Positions 23,294 to 32,000 of a stretch of DNA of 32,000 nt are shown here, one piece after another (the first letter of the stretch is position 1; every line of letters starts with the position of its first letter). This DNA is from Patescibacteria group bacterium (GTDB taxonomy: Bacteria > Patescibacteriota > UBA1384 > XYA2-FULL-43-10). Made by a program: the position numbers and the translations under genes. The notes beneath the pieces are model-generated. The model was not told the origin of the DNA. It searched no databases and saw nothing but the letters and a program-made list of their open reading frames with translations. The stretch is from contig JBAYVT010000005.1 of the NCBI GenBank assembly GCA_041674405.1, forward strand, positions 90,001-122,000. The letters run 5' to 3'.

Positions 23294-26074
23294 ATGTCAA
23301 AAAAGCATGATCTTTTTGGAAAACTGAGAAATCCGCTCAATATCAAAAAACTCTTAACCCCACATCGCAAAAAAAAGTTTACGTGGAAAACATTAGGGAA
23401 ATACGCACTTTACGCATTGGGCGCATTTGTTGTTTTTATTATCATTCTCTTTGTTTGGTATGCTAAAGATCTTCCCACCCCATCGAAGATTGCAAGCCAA
23501 ACCATGTCTCAATCCACAAAATTGTACGATCGAACCGGCAACACCTTGCTGTACGAAACCGGTAATGAAAAACGAACAATTGTAAAAAGTGATCAATTTT
23601 CCGATAACTTGAAAAAAGCAACTGTCGCAGTCGAGGATTCGGATTTTTATTCAAATCACGGATTTTCGATCCGCGGTATCATGTCCGCAGTGTGGCAAAA
23701 GGTTTCTGGAAAAACAGTGGTAATGCGCGGAGGATCAACCATTACCCAACAATATGTCAAAAATGCACTCCTAACATCTGATCGATCTTTTTCAAGAAAA
23801 GTAAAAGAACTAATCCTGTCGATCGAACTTGAATTTATGTACAACAAAGATGAAATTTTGACAATGTATTTAAATGAAATTCCCTATGGCAATTCAACCG
23901 CAGGCGCCGAAGCTGCGTCGGCAATGTACTATGGAATTCCGGCCAAAGATCTGGACTTGTCACAGGCAGCCACTATCGCCGCAATTCCCCAAGCACCAAC
24001 TTATTATTCCCCTTATGGCACGCATACTAATTCTCTAATCAATCGCAAAAATTATGTTCTCGACCGAATGGTTGATACTAAGGTAATCACCAAGGAGCAA
24101 GCGGATGCCGCCAAAGCCCAAGACACGACCACCGTTGGAACGATAATCAAACCGCGAAAAGACAATTTGATCGCACCTCACTTTGCAATGTATGTTTTGC
24201 AAGAAGCTGTTGATGAATATGGTGAACAGGCTATTCAAAATGAAGGATTAAGCATTACCACCACCCTTGATTATGACAAGCAAAAAATCGCCGAGGACGC
24301 AATAACAGCTGGCATGCCAAAAGTTGAAAAATATGGAGGATCAAACGGCGCTTTGGTCTCTGTGGACACCAAAACCGGACAAATTCTCACAATGGTAGGA
24401 TCAAAGGATTATTATGATACTTCAATTGACGGTAATGTTAATGTTACTGATTCACTACGCCAGCCAGGATCATCCTTTAAGCCCTATGTCTACGCGACAG
24501 CTCTTAAATCGAAAGAGTTTTCTCCTGCTCGAACGCTATTTGATTTAACGACAGATTTTGGCGGAGGATATGTTCCCCATGATTATGACGGATCCACGCG
24601 CGGGCCAGTGACCCTTCGCCAAGCTCTTGATAATTCACTTAACATTCCAGCAGTCAAAACGCTTTCTCTCGCAGGCATTGATAATGTGATTGAAACAGCA
24701 AAAAGCATGGGGGTTACTTCCTTAAATGATCGAGATAAATATGGTTTATCATTCGCCCTCGGAACTGCGGAGATCCGGCCGGTCGAGATGGCGGGAGCAT
24801 TCGCAACATTTGCTACAAATGGCATACATCATGACGTAAAAAGTATATTAAAAGTAACCGATTCACATGGAAAGTTACTATATGAATATAAACAGGAAAA
24901 AGACAAAGGAAACCAGGCGCTTGACCCACAAATTGCTTATGAGATGAGCAATATACTTTCCGATAATCAGGCGCGATCACTAGTGTTCGGCACACGCTCT
25001 CCATTGGCATTCTCCGGAAAAACAATCGGTGCCAAAACCGGCACCACTTCAGATTTCAAAGATGCATGGACGGTTGGTTTTTCAAAATCCATTGCCACTG
25101 CTGTTTGGGTGGGTAACAACAATAATACAAAGATGAGCAGCGGAGCAGATGGTGTTGTGGTCGCTGCCCCGATTTTTCATACATACATGGACAAGGTGGT
25201 TACAGCCGATGAGCCATTTGATAAGCCAGAAGGAATTCAAACTGTTACTGTTGATCGTTTTTCAATGAAATTACCGACCGATCAAACAACCGAGACCATT
25301 ACTGACATTTTTGCATCATGGCAAGTTCCCACAGAAAAAGACGCGACCAGCGTTAGCGTTAAAGTCTGCAAATCAAACGGACTCTTGGCTGGTGATGATG
25401 TAAATGAAGCCCTTACCGAATACAGGTCATATCGCGCAGTACATTCAGAGCGTCCTGACAATCCAAATTGGGAAGGGCCAGTTCGATCTTGGGCAGAGGC
25501 CCATGGCTACGCCAATTTTCCACCGACAGAAAAATGCAATCCTGGCGACGCATCATTACAAGTGACGATCAATACCCCGGGTAATGGTGATAGCGTTTCG
25601 GGCAGCAGTTCAATATCAGCTTCAGTAAACGGGACCTTTAACATAAAAGACGTAACTTTTTATATCGATGACATATCTATTGGCAGTGACGATTCTACCC
25701 CATACGCAGTGAATTTTGATTTCGACAACCTATCTGAAGGAAATCACACCATTTCTGCCATTGCCACGGATGTAACAGGCACTACTTCGAAAGATACGAT
25801 TTCAATCATAAGCTCAAAATCTCCGCCAACAATTTCCGCAATTGATGCCCAGGTTTCCGGAACCAGTGTCACTATAACCTGGACTACCAACAAAGAATCA
25901 AGTTCTCAGGTACTATACGGACTTACGAATGCATTGGGGTCGTCATCCTCACTTGATCCTAATAACAAAACTTCACATTCGGTTAAAATTAATGGATTAT
26001 CTCCAGGAAAAAAATATTATTTTCAAGTGAAATCGGGATCAGCCACATCAGACATTAAAAATTTTCAAACTTAA
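23294..26074 (+). CDS. ponA: Class A penicillin-binding protein (glycosyltransferase GT51 + transpeptidase) with a C-terminal Ig-like and FN3-like extension.
   Basis: N-terminal TM. GT51 motifs EDSDFYSNHGF, GGSTITQQYVKN, RKVKELILSIELE. Transpeptidase motifs SSFK, SLN, KTGTT. The C-terminal ~170 aa (about 25556-26071) has beta-sandwich-like repeats. Confidence 0.9.
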   Translation: MSKKHDLFGKLRNPLNIKKLLTPHRKKKFTWKTLGKYALYALGAFVVFIIILFVWYAKDLPTPSKIASQTMSQSTKLYDRTGNTLLYETGNEKRTIVKSDQFSDNLKKATVAVEDSDFYSNHGFSIRGIMSAVWQKVSGKTVVMRGGSTITQQYVKNALLTSDRSFSRKVKELILSIELEFMYNKDEILTMYLNEIPYGNSTAGAEAASAMYYGIPAKDLDLSQAATIAAIPQAPTYYSPYGTHTNSLINRKNYVLDRMVDTKVITKEQADAAKAQDTTTVGTIIKPRKDNLIAPHFAMYVLQEAVDEYGEQAIQNEGLSITTTLDYDKQKIAEDAITAGMPKVEKYGGSNGALVSVDTKTGQILTMVGSKDYYDTSIDGNVNVTDSLRQPGSSFKPYVYATALKSKEFSPARTLFDLTTDFGGGYVPHDYDGSTRGPVTLRQALDNSLNIPAVKTLSLAGIDNVIETAKSMGVTSLNDRDKYGLSFALGTAEIRPVEMAGAFATFATNGIHHDVKSILKVTDSHGKLLYEYKQEKDKGNQALDPQIAYEMSNILSDNQARSLVFGTRSPLAFSGKTIGAKTGTTSDFKDAWTVGFSKSIATAVWVGNNNNTKMSSGADGVVVAAPIFHTYMDKVVTADEPFDKPEGIQTVTVDRFSMKLPTDQTTETITDIFASWQVPTEKDATSVSVKVCKSNGLLAGDDVNEALTEYRSYRAVHSERPDNPNWEGPVRSWAEAHGYANFPPTEKCNPGDASLQVTINTPGNGDSVSGSSSISASVNGTFNIKDVTFYIDDISIGSDDSTPYAVNFDFDNLSEGNHTISAIATDVTGTTSKDTISIISSKSPPTISAIDAQVSGTSVTITWTTNKESSSQVLYGLTNALGSSSSLDPNNKTSHSVKINGLSPGKKYYFQVKSGSATSDIKNFQT

Positions 26075-26103
26075 AGAACTCAAATTAAATTTGTGTTTAA
26101 TCT

Positions 26104-26137
26104 GACAAAAGCGGCAAAAAGCCGCTTTTGTCTTTTG
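26104..26137. terminator. Bidirectional terminator between ponA and radA.
   Basis: GACAAAAGCGGC-aaaaa-GCCGCTTTTGTC, then TTTTG. Confidence 0.7.
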
Positions 26138-26150
26138 TTTAGAACTTATT

Positions 26151-27428
26151 CTAGCTTAACAAATCGTTAATTTTTACAAGTTTAGGCAAAAATTTATATC
26201 CCAATTTTTCCGCTTCCTTTTTTCTATCCACCGCCTTTGGCACAGGCCGGATTTCGCCCATAAGGCCAACTTCACCGAAGAAACATAAATCTTTCGGTAT
26301 TGGCTTATTTAAGTATGAAGAAATTATTGCGGCACAGATCGCAAGATCAACTGCCGGCTCTCGTAATTTCAAGCCGCCAATAACATTGATGTAAATATCC
26401 TGATTGGAGAGATTGATTTTTGTTGACTTTGATATAACCGCAGCAAGAAGATTTAAACGATTTAGGTCAAAACCGGATGAGGTCCTTTTTGGGTAACCAA
26501 AATTTGTTGTAATAGTTAAAGCTTGAATTTCTACAAGAATCGGTCTTGTTCCTTCAAGCGTTACAGCCACAACACTACCAGGTGATTTGTCTGGACGTTC
26601 GGCTAAAAACAACTCGGATGGATTTTCGATCGGAATCATTCCACTCTCAGACATCGAGAATATTCCCGCCTCATTCGTTGCGCCAAATCTGTTTTTAATT
26701 CCGCGCAAAATTCTGGCATCATGAAATCGTTCGCCCTCAAGATAAAGAACGACATCAACCAAGTGTTCAAGGATCCTTGGCCCGGCGATTGACCCTTCTT
26801 TGGTGACATGGCCGATCAAAATTACCGGAATTTTTGTTGTTTTAGCCAACCTCTGGAGAAATATTCCACACTCTCTGACCTGGACTAAGCTGCCAGGGGT
26901 CGAGGGTAAATCATTCAAAAATACCGTTTGTATTGAGTCAACTATAATAAGCTCCGGCTTGTTTTTTTTAACTTCTCGCTCAAAGGCGTTAAGGTCTCCT
27001 CCGGAATATAAAGTGATGTTCTTTGATTTTAGGCCCAACCTATCGGCCCGGAGTTTTATTTGCTCCAGAGATTCCTCAGCTGAAAGATAAAGGCAATTTT
27101 TAATTTTATCGGCAACCTCCAAAATCAAGGTTGATTTTCCGATTCCCGGTTCCCCGCCCAGAAGAATTATGGAACCCCTTACAATTCCTCCGCCTAGTAC
27201 TCTATCAAATTCAGAAATTCCGGTTTTTTCCCTACCAAAATTACCAACTTTTATATCAGATAAATTGGATTTTTCAATTGAGTCAGGTGCAATATTTTGA
27301 TGTGAATCAGTAAAACTCATTTCCTTTAGGCTATTCCATTCACCGCAAGCATCACATTTTCCCGACCAGGCCGAAAATTCATTGCCACAGGAGGAGCATA
27401 TAAATATCGTTTTATTCTTTTTGGCCAT
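26151..27428 (-). CDS. radA: DNA repair protein RadA/Sms.
   Basis: Zinc finger CSSCGNEFSAWSGKCDACGEWNS, Walker A GGEPGIGKST, KNRFG motif, and a Lon-like C-terminal domain. Confidence 0.9.
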   Translation of the reverse strand: MAKKNKTIFICSSCGNEFSAWSGKCDACGEWNSLKEMSFTDSHQNIAPDSIEKSNLSDIKVGNFGREKTGISEFDRVLGGGIVRGSIILLGGEPGIGKSTLILEVADKIKNCLYLSAEESLEQIKLRADRLGLKSKNITLYSGGDLNAFEREVKKNKPELIIVDSIQTVFLNDLPSTPGSLVQVRECGIFLQRLAKTTKIPVILIGHVTKEGSIAGPRILEHLVDVVLYLEGERFHDARILRGIKNRFGATNEAGIFSMSESGMIPIENPSELFLAERPDKSPGSVVAVTLEGTRPILVEIQALTITTNFGYPKRTSSGFDLNRLNLLAAVISKSTKINLSNQDIYINVIGGLKLREPAVDLAICAAIISSYLNKPIPKDLCFFGEVGLMGEIRPVPKAVDRKKEAEKLGYKFLPKLVKINDLLS

Positions 27429-29082
27429 TTTCCCTCATATCAATAATATTAGCTGAAACATAATTTTTACCATTCCAAAAATCTTCATCAAGTGTAAATA
27501 TCATATCATAACGTTTGTTTTCACTAAATTTCTGATTACAATTAAAAAATATGGACTTGATTTTCTTTTCACCAGAAACAATTCGAAACGATTGATGGGT
27601 ATTATTTTTTCCCACACAGCGGATATCGGATATTTTTACATTATTAAGCTCAAAAACAGGCCTCGGATTCCCCATACCAAATGGCTCCAATTGTTTTAAT
27701 CTTGAAGTTAACGATAACGAAAGTGATGCGAAATTTATCAGAGTATCAACTTTTGCAACTTTTTCAAAAAGTTTTTTATCTAAATTATTACACAGTTGTA
27801 TGAATTCCTCATAAAATTTCTGGAACTTCGATTTTTTAACAGCTAGGCCCGCTGCCCCCTTATGTCCACCAAATCTTTCAATTTTACTACTACATTTTTC
27901 TAATAGCACTATCAGATTCACACCCGAAACACTTCTTGCGCTACCAACATATGGATCGGAGCGATCAGAAAAAATAATGGCTGGACGCGAAAATTTCTCA
28001 ACTAGATGGCTAGCCGAGGGACCAAGCACACCCTTATGCCAATCCCCAAGAACGACCAATGTATTATTTTTAAGTAAATTTTCTTTTTCAATCCTTTCAG
28101 CTACTTTTTTTTCAAGTGCCGCCATTTCTTCTTGGCGCTTTTCGTTTGTCTGATTCAAAGAAAAGGCCAACTCTGCCGCTTCTTTTTTATCTTTAGTCAC
28201 AAGAAGCATAAAAGACTTTGTTGCATGATCAAGGCGGCCAGGGGCGTTAATTCTTGGACCAATCTGAAAACCAATGGAATATGAATTGATTTTCTCTTTA
28301 TCGATATTTGCTACTTTATATAGTTCCAAAAGCCCAACATTTTTTGTTTTTTTAAGTACCATCAAACCAAATCTTGCAATAATTCGATTCTCATCTACAA
28401 GAGGAACAACATCAGAAATTGTCGATATTGCCACAAGATCCATATTCCATTTAACAAAAGACTCACTGATTTTTTGGGGGTATTTTTTAGACAAGCCCTG
28501 TATTAGTTTAAAAATTACCCCTGCTCCAGAAAGCTCACGAAATGGATATTTTGAACCTTTAATTTTCGGATTCATAATTGCATACACATCAGGCAAATTA
28601 TCACCTGGCTCGTGATGGTCGGTAATAATCAGGCAAATGTCTTTTAATTTTGCATAATTAGCTTCTTCAACATTTCTAATACCAAGGTCAACGGTAATGA
28701 TTATGCTGCAATCTCTTTGTAATAAATAATCGATCCCTTCAGTGCTTAGGCCGTAGCCTGATTCCCTGTTGGGAATATAAATTTCTGATCGGATATTTAG
28801 TACTTCTAGCATTTTGTGCAGCAATGCCGAGCCCGGAATTCCATCAGCATCATAGTCGGCAAATATTCCGATTTTCATGTCATGTTCTATCGCTTCACGA
28901 ATTTTATTTTCAATCTTTTTATAACTTGGCAATAATTCTGGGTTATGAAAATCTTTTTCAAAATCTGGATTCAAAAATCTTTCAACAGATTTCGAATCAT
29001 ATCGTTCGCCAAGAATTCCCCTATTAAATAAAATTTGAAGCATGATATCGTCATACTTTTTTTTAGCAATTTTCCATTTCAT
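27412..29082 (-). CDS. recJ: Single-stranded-DNA-specific exonuclease RecJ.
   Basis: DHH family motifs (FADYDADG, ITVDLG, IITDHHEPG) and DHHA1 GGHKGAAG. 17-nt overlap with the radA start. Confidence 0.9.
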   Translation of the reverse strand: MKWKIAKKKYDDIMLQILFNRGILGERYDSKSVERFLNPDFEKDFHNPELLPSYKKIENKIREAIEHDMKIGIFADYDADGIPGSALLHKMLEVLNIRSEIYIPNRESGYGLSTEGIDYLLQRDCSIIITVDLGIRNVEEANYAKLKDICLIITDHHEPGDNLPDVYAIMNPKIKGSKYPFRELSGAGVIFKLIQGLSKKYPQKISESFVKWNMDLVAISTISDVVPLVDENRIIARFGLMVLKKTKNVGLLELYKVANIDKEKINSYSIGFQIGPRINAPGRLDHATKSFMLLVTKDKKEAAELAFSLNQTNEKRQEEMAALEKKVAERIEKENLLKNNTLVVLGDWHKGVLGPSASHLVEKFSRPAIIFSDRSDPYVGSARSVSGVNLIVLLEKCSSKIERFGGHKGAAGLAVKKSKFQKFYEEFIQLCNNLDKKLFEKVAKVDTLINFASLSLSLTSRLKQLEPFGMGNPRPVFELNNVKISDIRCVGKNNTHQSFRIVSGEKKIKSIFFNCNQKFSENKRYDMIFTLDEDFWNGKNYVSANIIDMRENGQKE

Positions 29083-29118
29083 GTGGTTTTTAAACTTTCC
29101 ACTTTATCTTCTTTGGGT

Positions 29119-29925
29119 TCATTTGTAGTATGCCCAACCATCCACTCTAAGGTCAACATATTCGTTTATATTTCCAGCCCCCTGAATCATCACAGCCTTT
29201 AAATCGTTTAGTTGTTTATTACTGGATCTCGTTGAATCGAACTTGATCATTGCCCCTTCTTTGGTGTACAAATTAAGATCAAAGGTTGTCTCTGAGATTA
29301 CAAAACGATCCGGATGCAAATTAGCCATTTCGGCAATATTTTTGTAAATATTTAAAGAAAAGGCAACAAAGCTTGGGCTAACAATTTGTTTTTGCAGATC
29401 AACTGGTAACTTTTGTGCATCCTCAATAATCGGAAGGTTGGAAAAACTTGATATGTCCGCAGTGACATCCTTGTAAGCCCTTCCTTGAGAATCAAGTAAA
29501 TAAAATTTATCGCCCGTTTTCCAGACAATCGCCTGATCGAATTCCACGACTACTATCTTTAGGGCATCTGGAAAACCTTTGTATATCTGTACGTCATTTA
29601 TTTCTGGAATATTTTGTTTTATTTTCTTTTCTATATTGCCCGTGTTTACTATAAAAATATTTTTATCCTTTGGAACAATCGAGGATATTTTTTCAGTGGT
29701 AACAAGATTATTCCCTTCAATAATAATATCTCGAACCACGAAACTACTGGATAAAAATAGCCACCACAAAAATACAATCAGTGCTGCCACAATTAAAATA
29801 TTCCCCATCGATAAAAATGAAGATATTCGAAGTTCAGTTCTTTTCCGCTCTTTTCTTTCTAAATAAATTTTCGGTTGCCGAAAATTTTGAGTACGTTCTC
29901 TTTTTATCAGCCTCCTTCTTACCAT
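29119..29925 (-). CDS. ftsQ: Cell division protein FtsQ/DivIB-like.
   Basis: Basic N-terminus, a single TM (ILIVAALIVFLWWLF), and a POTRA-like segment (VRDIIIEGNNLVTTEKI). 7-nt overlap with the murB stop. Confidence 0.7.
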   Translation of the reverse strand: MVRRRLIKRERTQNFRQPKIYLERKERKRTELRISSFLSMGNILIVAALIVFLWWLFLSSSFVVRDIIIEGNNLVTTEKISSIVPKDKNIFIVNTGNIEKKIKQNIPEINDVQIYKGFPDALKIVVVEFDQAIVWKTGDKFYLLDSQGRAYKDVTADISSFSNLPIIEDAQKLPVDLQKQIVSPSFVAFSLNIYKNIAEMANLHPDRFVISETTFDLNLYTKEGAMIKFDSTRSSNKQLNDLKAVMIQGAGNINEYVDLRVDGWAYYK

Positions 29926-30860
29926 TTGCCCAGATACTCAACTTCTTCCTCAAGCGTAATATGAAAATTTCTCTTTACCGCTTCTCTCATCTCGTCAGCT
30001 AAAATACGGACATCCTTTGCAGATGCGTTTTTTCTGTTTATTACAAAGTTTGCATGCTTAGATGAGACCGAGGCCCCACCAACTCTCAATTTTTTTGCAC
30101 CCGAATTTTCTAGAAGGTAACCCGCAGATTGTTCTCTGACTCGGCCGGGATTTTTGAAAAAACTGCCGGCGCTTTTATCGGATAATGGTTGCGTCAATTT
30201 TTTTTGTTCTAAATTCTCGATTATAGTACGAAGGATCTCATCTTTCCTTTTCTGGGCTAACTGAATTTTTACAGTTAATATTACCGGCTTAAATTCTTTA
30301 TTTTTGTTTCCATTTTTTAGTTTACTTCCTCGATATTTAAAATCCATCCATTCGTGGCTGTGGCGAACGACGGCAAGCTTGCCCATCCGCTCTTCAAGAA
30401 CAGTAACACTTTTTACATAGTCGCCAATTCCAAGGCTTTTGGAGCCTGCATTGTTATAAACCGCACCACCCAAAGTCCCAGGGACCCCTGCGAGAAATTC
30501 TAATCCTCCAAGATCATACGAAGCAGCCAAATTTAATATTTTTCCCAACACCAGGCCAGAATCAGCAATAATTTCACCCGTTTCTTTGTTCACTACAACA
30601 TTGGAACTTTCATTCTTTATTATCAAACCAGAAAAACCGTAATCAGAAAAAACCACATTATAGCCGCCCCCAAGAACAATAAAGGGAATTTTTAATTTGT
30701 ATGCAGCATTTGTTGCAGCAACCAAGTCTTCAATATTTTTTGCAACATAAAAAAGATCAGCGATTCCCCCCACTCCAATGCTCGTATGTTCCCGAAGCAA
30801 AACATTGGTTTTTAACTCATCTCCCAGAACTACCCTGAGTTCTTGCTCCAAAGTATCCAT
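29919..30860 (-). CDS. murB: UDP-N-acetylenolpyruvoylglucosamine reductase.
   Basis: FAD-binding N-terminal region (IGVGGIADLFY, VLGGGYNVVF) and the C-terminal MurB motif GAKKLRVGGASVSSKHANFVIN. TAATG overlap with murC. Confidence 0.85.
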   Translation of the reverse strand: MDTLEQELRVVLGDELKTNVLLREHTSIGVGGIADLFYVAKNIEDLVAATNAAYKLKIPFIVLGGGYNVVFSDYGFSGLIIKNESSNVVVNKETGEIIADSGLVLGKILNLAASYDLGGLEFLAGVPGTLGGAVYNNAGSKSLGIGDYVKSVTVLEERMGKLAVVRHSHEWMDFKYRGSKLKNGNKNKEFKPVILTVKIQLAQKRKDEILRTIIENLEQKKLTQPLSDKSAGSFFKNPGRVREQSAGYLLENSGAKKLRVGGASVSSKHANFVINRKNASAKDVRILADEMREAVKRNFHITLEEEVEYLGKW

Positions 30861-32000
30861 TATTTCTCCTTGACAATTTTTTCTGCCACCTTATAAATCG
30901 GTGGAATTCCAATAGTCAAAATTATACTTGAAGAATCGGTATTATTTATCAAATAATCACAAATTTCATCATCGTTATCAAACACTTTGGCCTTTTTACC
31001 CTTTGTGTTGATAATTTCTACAATCTTTTCAGAAGAAACATCGAGCTCCTCGTCCCGACCAGGCACAAAATAAATTGGTTTTAATATAACATCATCTGCG
31101 AGTTTAAAAGCATCGGCAAATTCTGATAAAAGCGGCAAAATTCTTTTATACTGATGCGGCCAAAAAACTACAACTAATTTTTTATCAGGAAACTGATCAG
31201 AAAGAGCCTTGATAGTTGCCCGAATTTCTGTGGGATGATGGCCATAATCGTCATAAACCTGGGCGCCGTTTATGCTTCCTTTGTACTCTAGCCTGCGATG
31301 CGCTCCTTTGAATTTTTTTAACACGCTTCTTGCAATATCCAATTTGATGCCGAGTTCTTTCCCCACAGAAATAGCGGCCTCAGAATTTAATTTATTATGT
31401 TCTCCCAGAAGGCCAATTTCGAATTCATTGCCAGAAATTTTGTACGGGACTTTCTTGGCATTTTCGTACTTATTTACAAGTTGAGATAGGTTTTGATCTT
31501 CTGCGCAATACACCAAAATCCCACCGCTTTTAATATTTTTGATAAATTCGCCAAAAGCGTCCAAAATTTCAGGTACCCCTCCCGGATATGTGTCCAGGTG
31601 CTCTTTATCAATATTCGTGATCACTGCAATATCTGGTTTAAAATCCAAAAAACTTCTGTCATATTCACAAGCCTCCATCACAAAATATTTTGATTTACCT
31701 ATCCGAACCACATCCCCAAACTCCCTCACTTCTTCCCCTACCAAAACTGTCGGATCAAAGCCAGCTTCAATCATAATCAGGCCAATCAACGAAGTCACAG
31801 TTGTCTTTCCATGCATCCCGGAAATTGTTATTAAATATTTCTTCTTCGTAATATCCGCCAAGATTTCGGAGCGCTTTACTATCTTAATTCCCAATTTCTC
31901 CCCCTCTAAAACCTCAACCCATCCTGGAGATCCTGGGCTTACGGCAGAAGTTCTAACAATCACATCGATATCCGAAGATATATTTTTAGCATCATGCCCC
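30860..32000 (-). CDS. murC: UDP-N-acetylmuramate--L-alanine ligase. The N-terminus is off the right edge.
   Basis: Mur ligase P-loop SGMHGKTTVTSL and DDYGHHPTEI. The frame stays open upstream of the track's GTG at 31963 (..GHDAKNISSDIDVIVRTSAV), so the gene continues beyond 32000. Confidence 0.85.
   Translation of the reverse strand, partial: GHDAKNISSDIDVIVRTSAVSPGSPGWVEVLEGEKLGIKIVKRSEILADITKKKYLITISGMHGKTTVTSLIGLIMIEAGFDPTVLVGEEVREFGDVVRIGKSKYFVMEACEYDRSFLDFKPDIAVITNIDKEHLDTYPGGVPEILDAFGEFIKNIKSGGILVYCAEDQNLSQLVNKYENAKKVPYKISGNEFEIGLLGEHNKLNSEAAISVGKELGIKLDIARSVLKKFKGAHRRLEYKGSINGAQVYDDYGHHPTEIRATIKALSDQFPDKKLVVVFWPHQYKRILPLLSEFADAFKLADDVILKPIYFVPGRDEELDVSSEKIVEIINTKGKKAKVFDNDDEICDYLINNTDSSSIILTIGIPPIYKVAEKIVKEK

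Noticed and set aside
1-32000. Alternative genetic code (UGA recoding, as in some candidate phyla).
   Set aside because: All conserved genes (argS, tyrS, ponA, radA, recJ, murB and others) are full-length and uninterrupted under the standard code.

Overview
This is a low-GC, gene-dense bacterial window. By hand count, typical 60-nt lines hold 16-21 G+C. Gene content and style suggest a small-genome monoderm or CPR/Patescibacteria-like organism, but that lineage call is inference only. Supporting features: type IV pilus genes, murC-murB-ftsQ, recJ-radA, a class A PBP, argS, tyrS, holB-ricT, rpmB, rpmG, short overlapping genes, and CCA encoded on every tRNA. The standard genetic code fits all conserved genes. 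Two genes run off the window edges and are missing or truncated in the ORF track: a PilB/GspE ATPase at 1-1516 (-) and murC at 30860-32000 (-). The strongest anomaly is a pair of sharply bounded GC-rich single-gene islands at about 7740-8407 and 9456-10277. Each carries its own promoter, SD, lipoprotein CDS and GC-rich terminator. They bracket rdgB inside a kinase/Nudix/ITPase cluster, and no integrase or transposase is visible. Other items worth a second look: (1) a GT2 gene, an 850-aa glycine-rich PA14-like protein and a secreted beta-helix-like protein sitting upstream of pilN/pilO-like genes and pilB; (2) an unusual tRNA-rpmG operon with tRNA-derived direct and inverted repeats, a degenerate tRNA copy, a repeated trailer element, and two tRNA-Thr genes with a UCC T-loop; (3) a roughly 170-nt multi-hairpin leader transcribed ahead of tRNA-Pro. 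I saw no CRISPR array, rRNA, IS element or prophage genes. All functional calls rest on motif recognition by eye; no searches were run.
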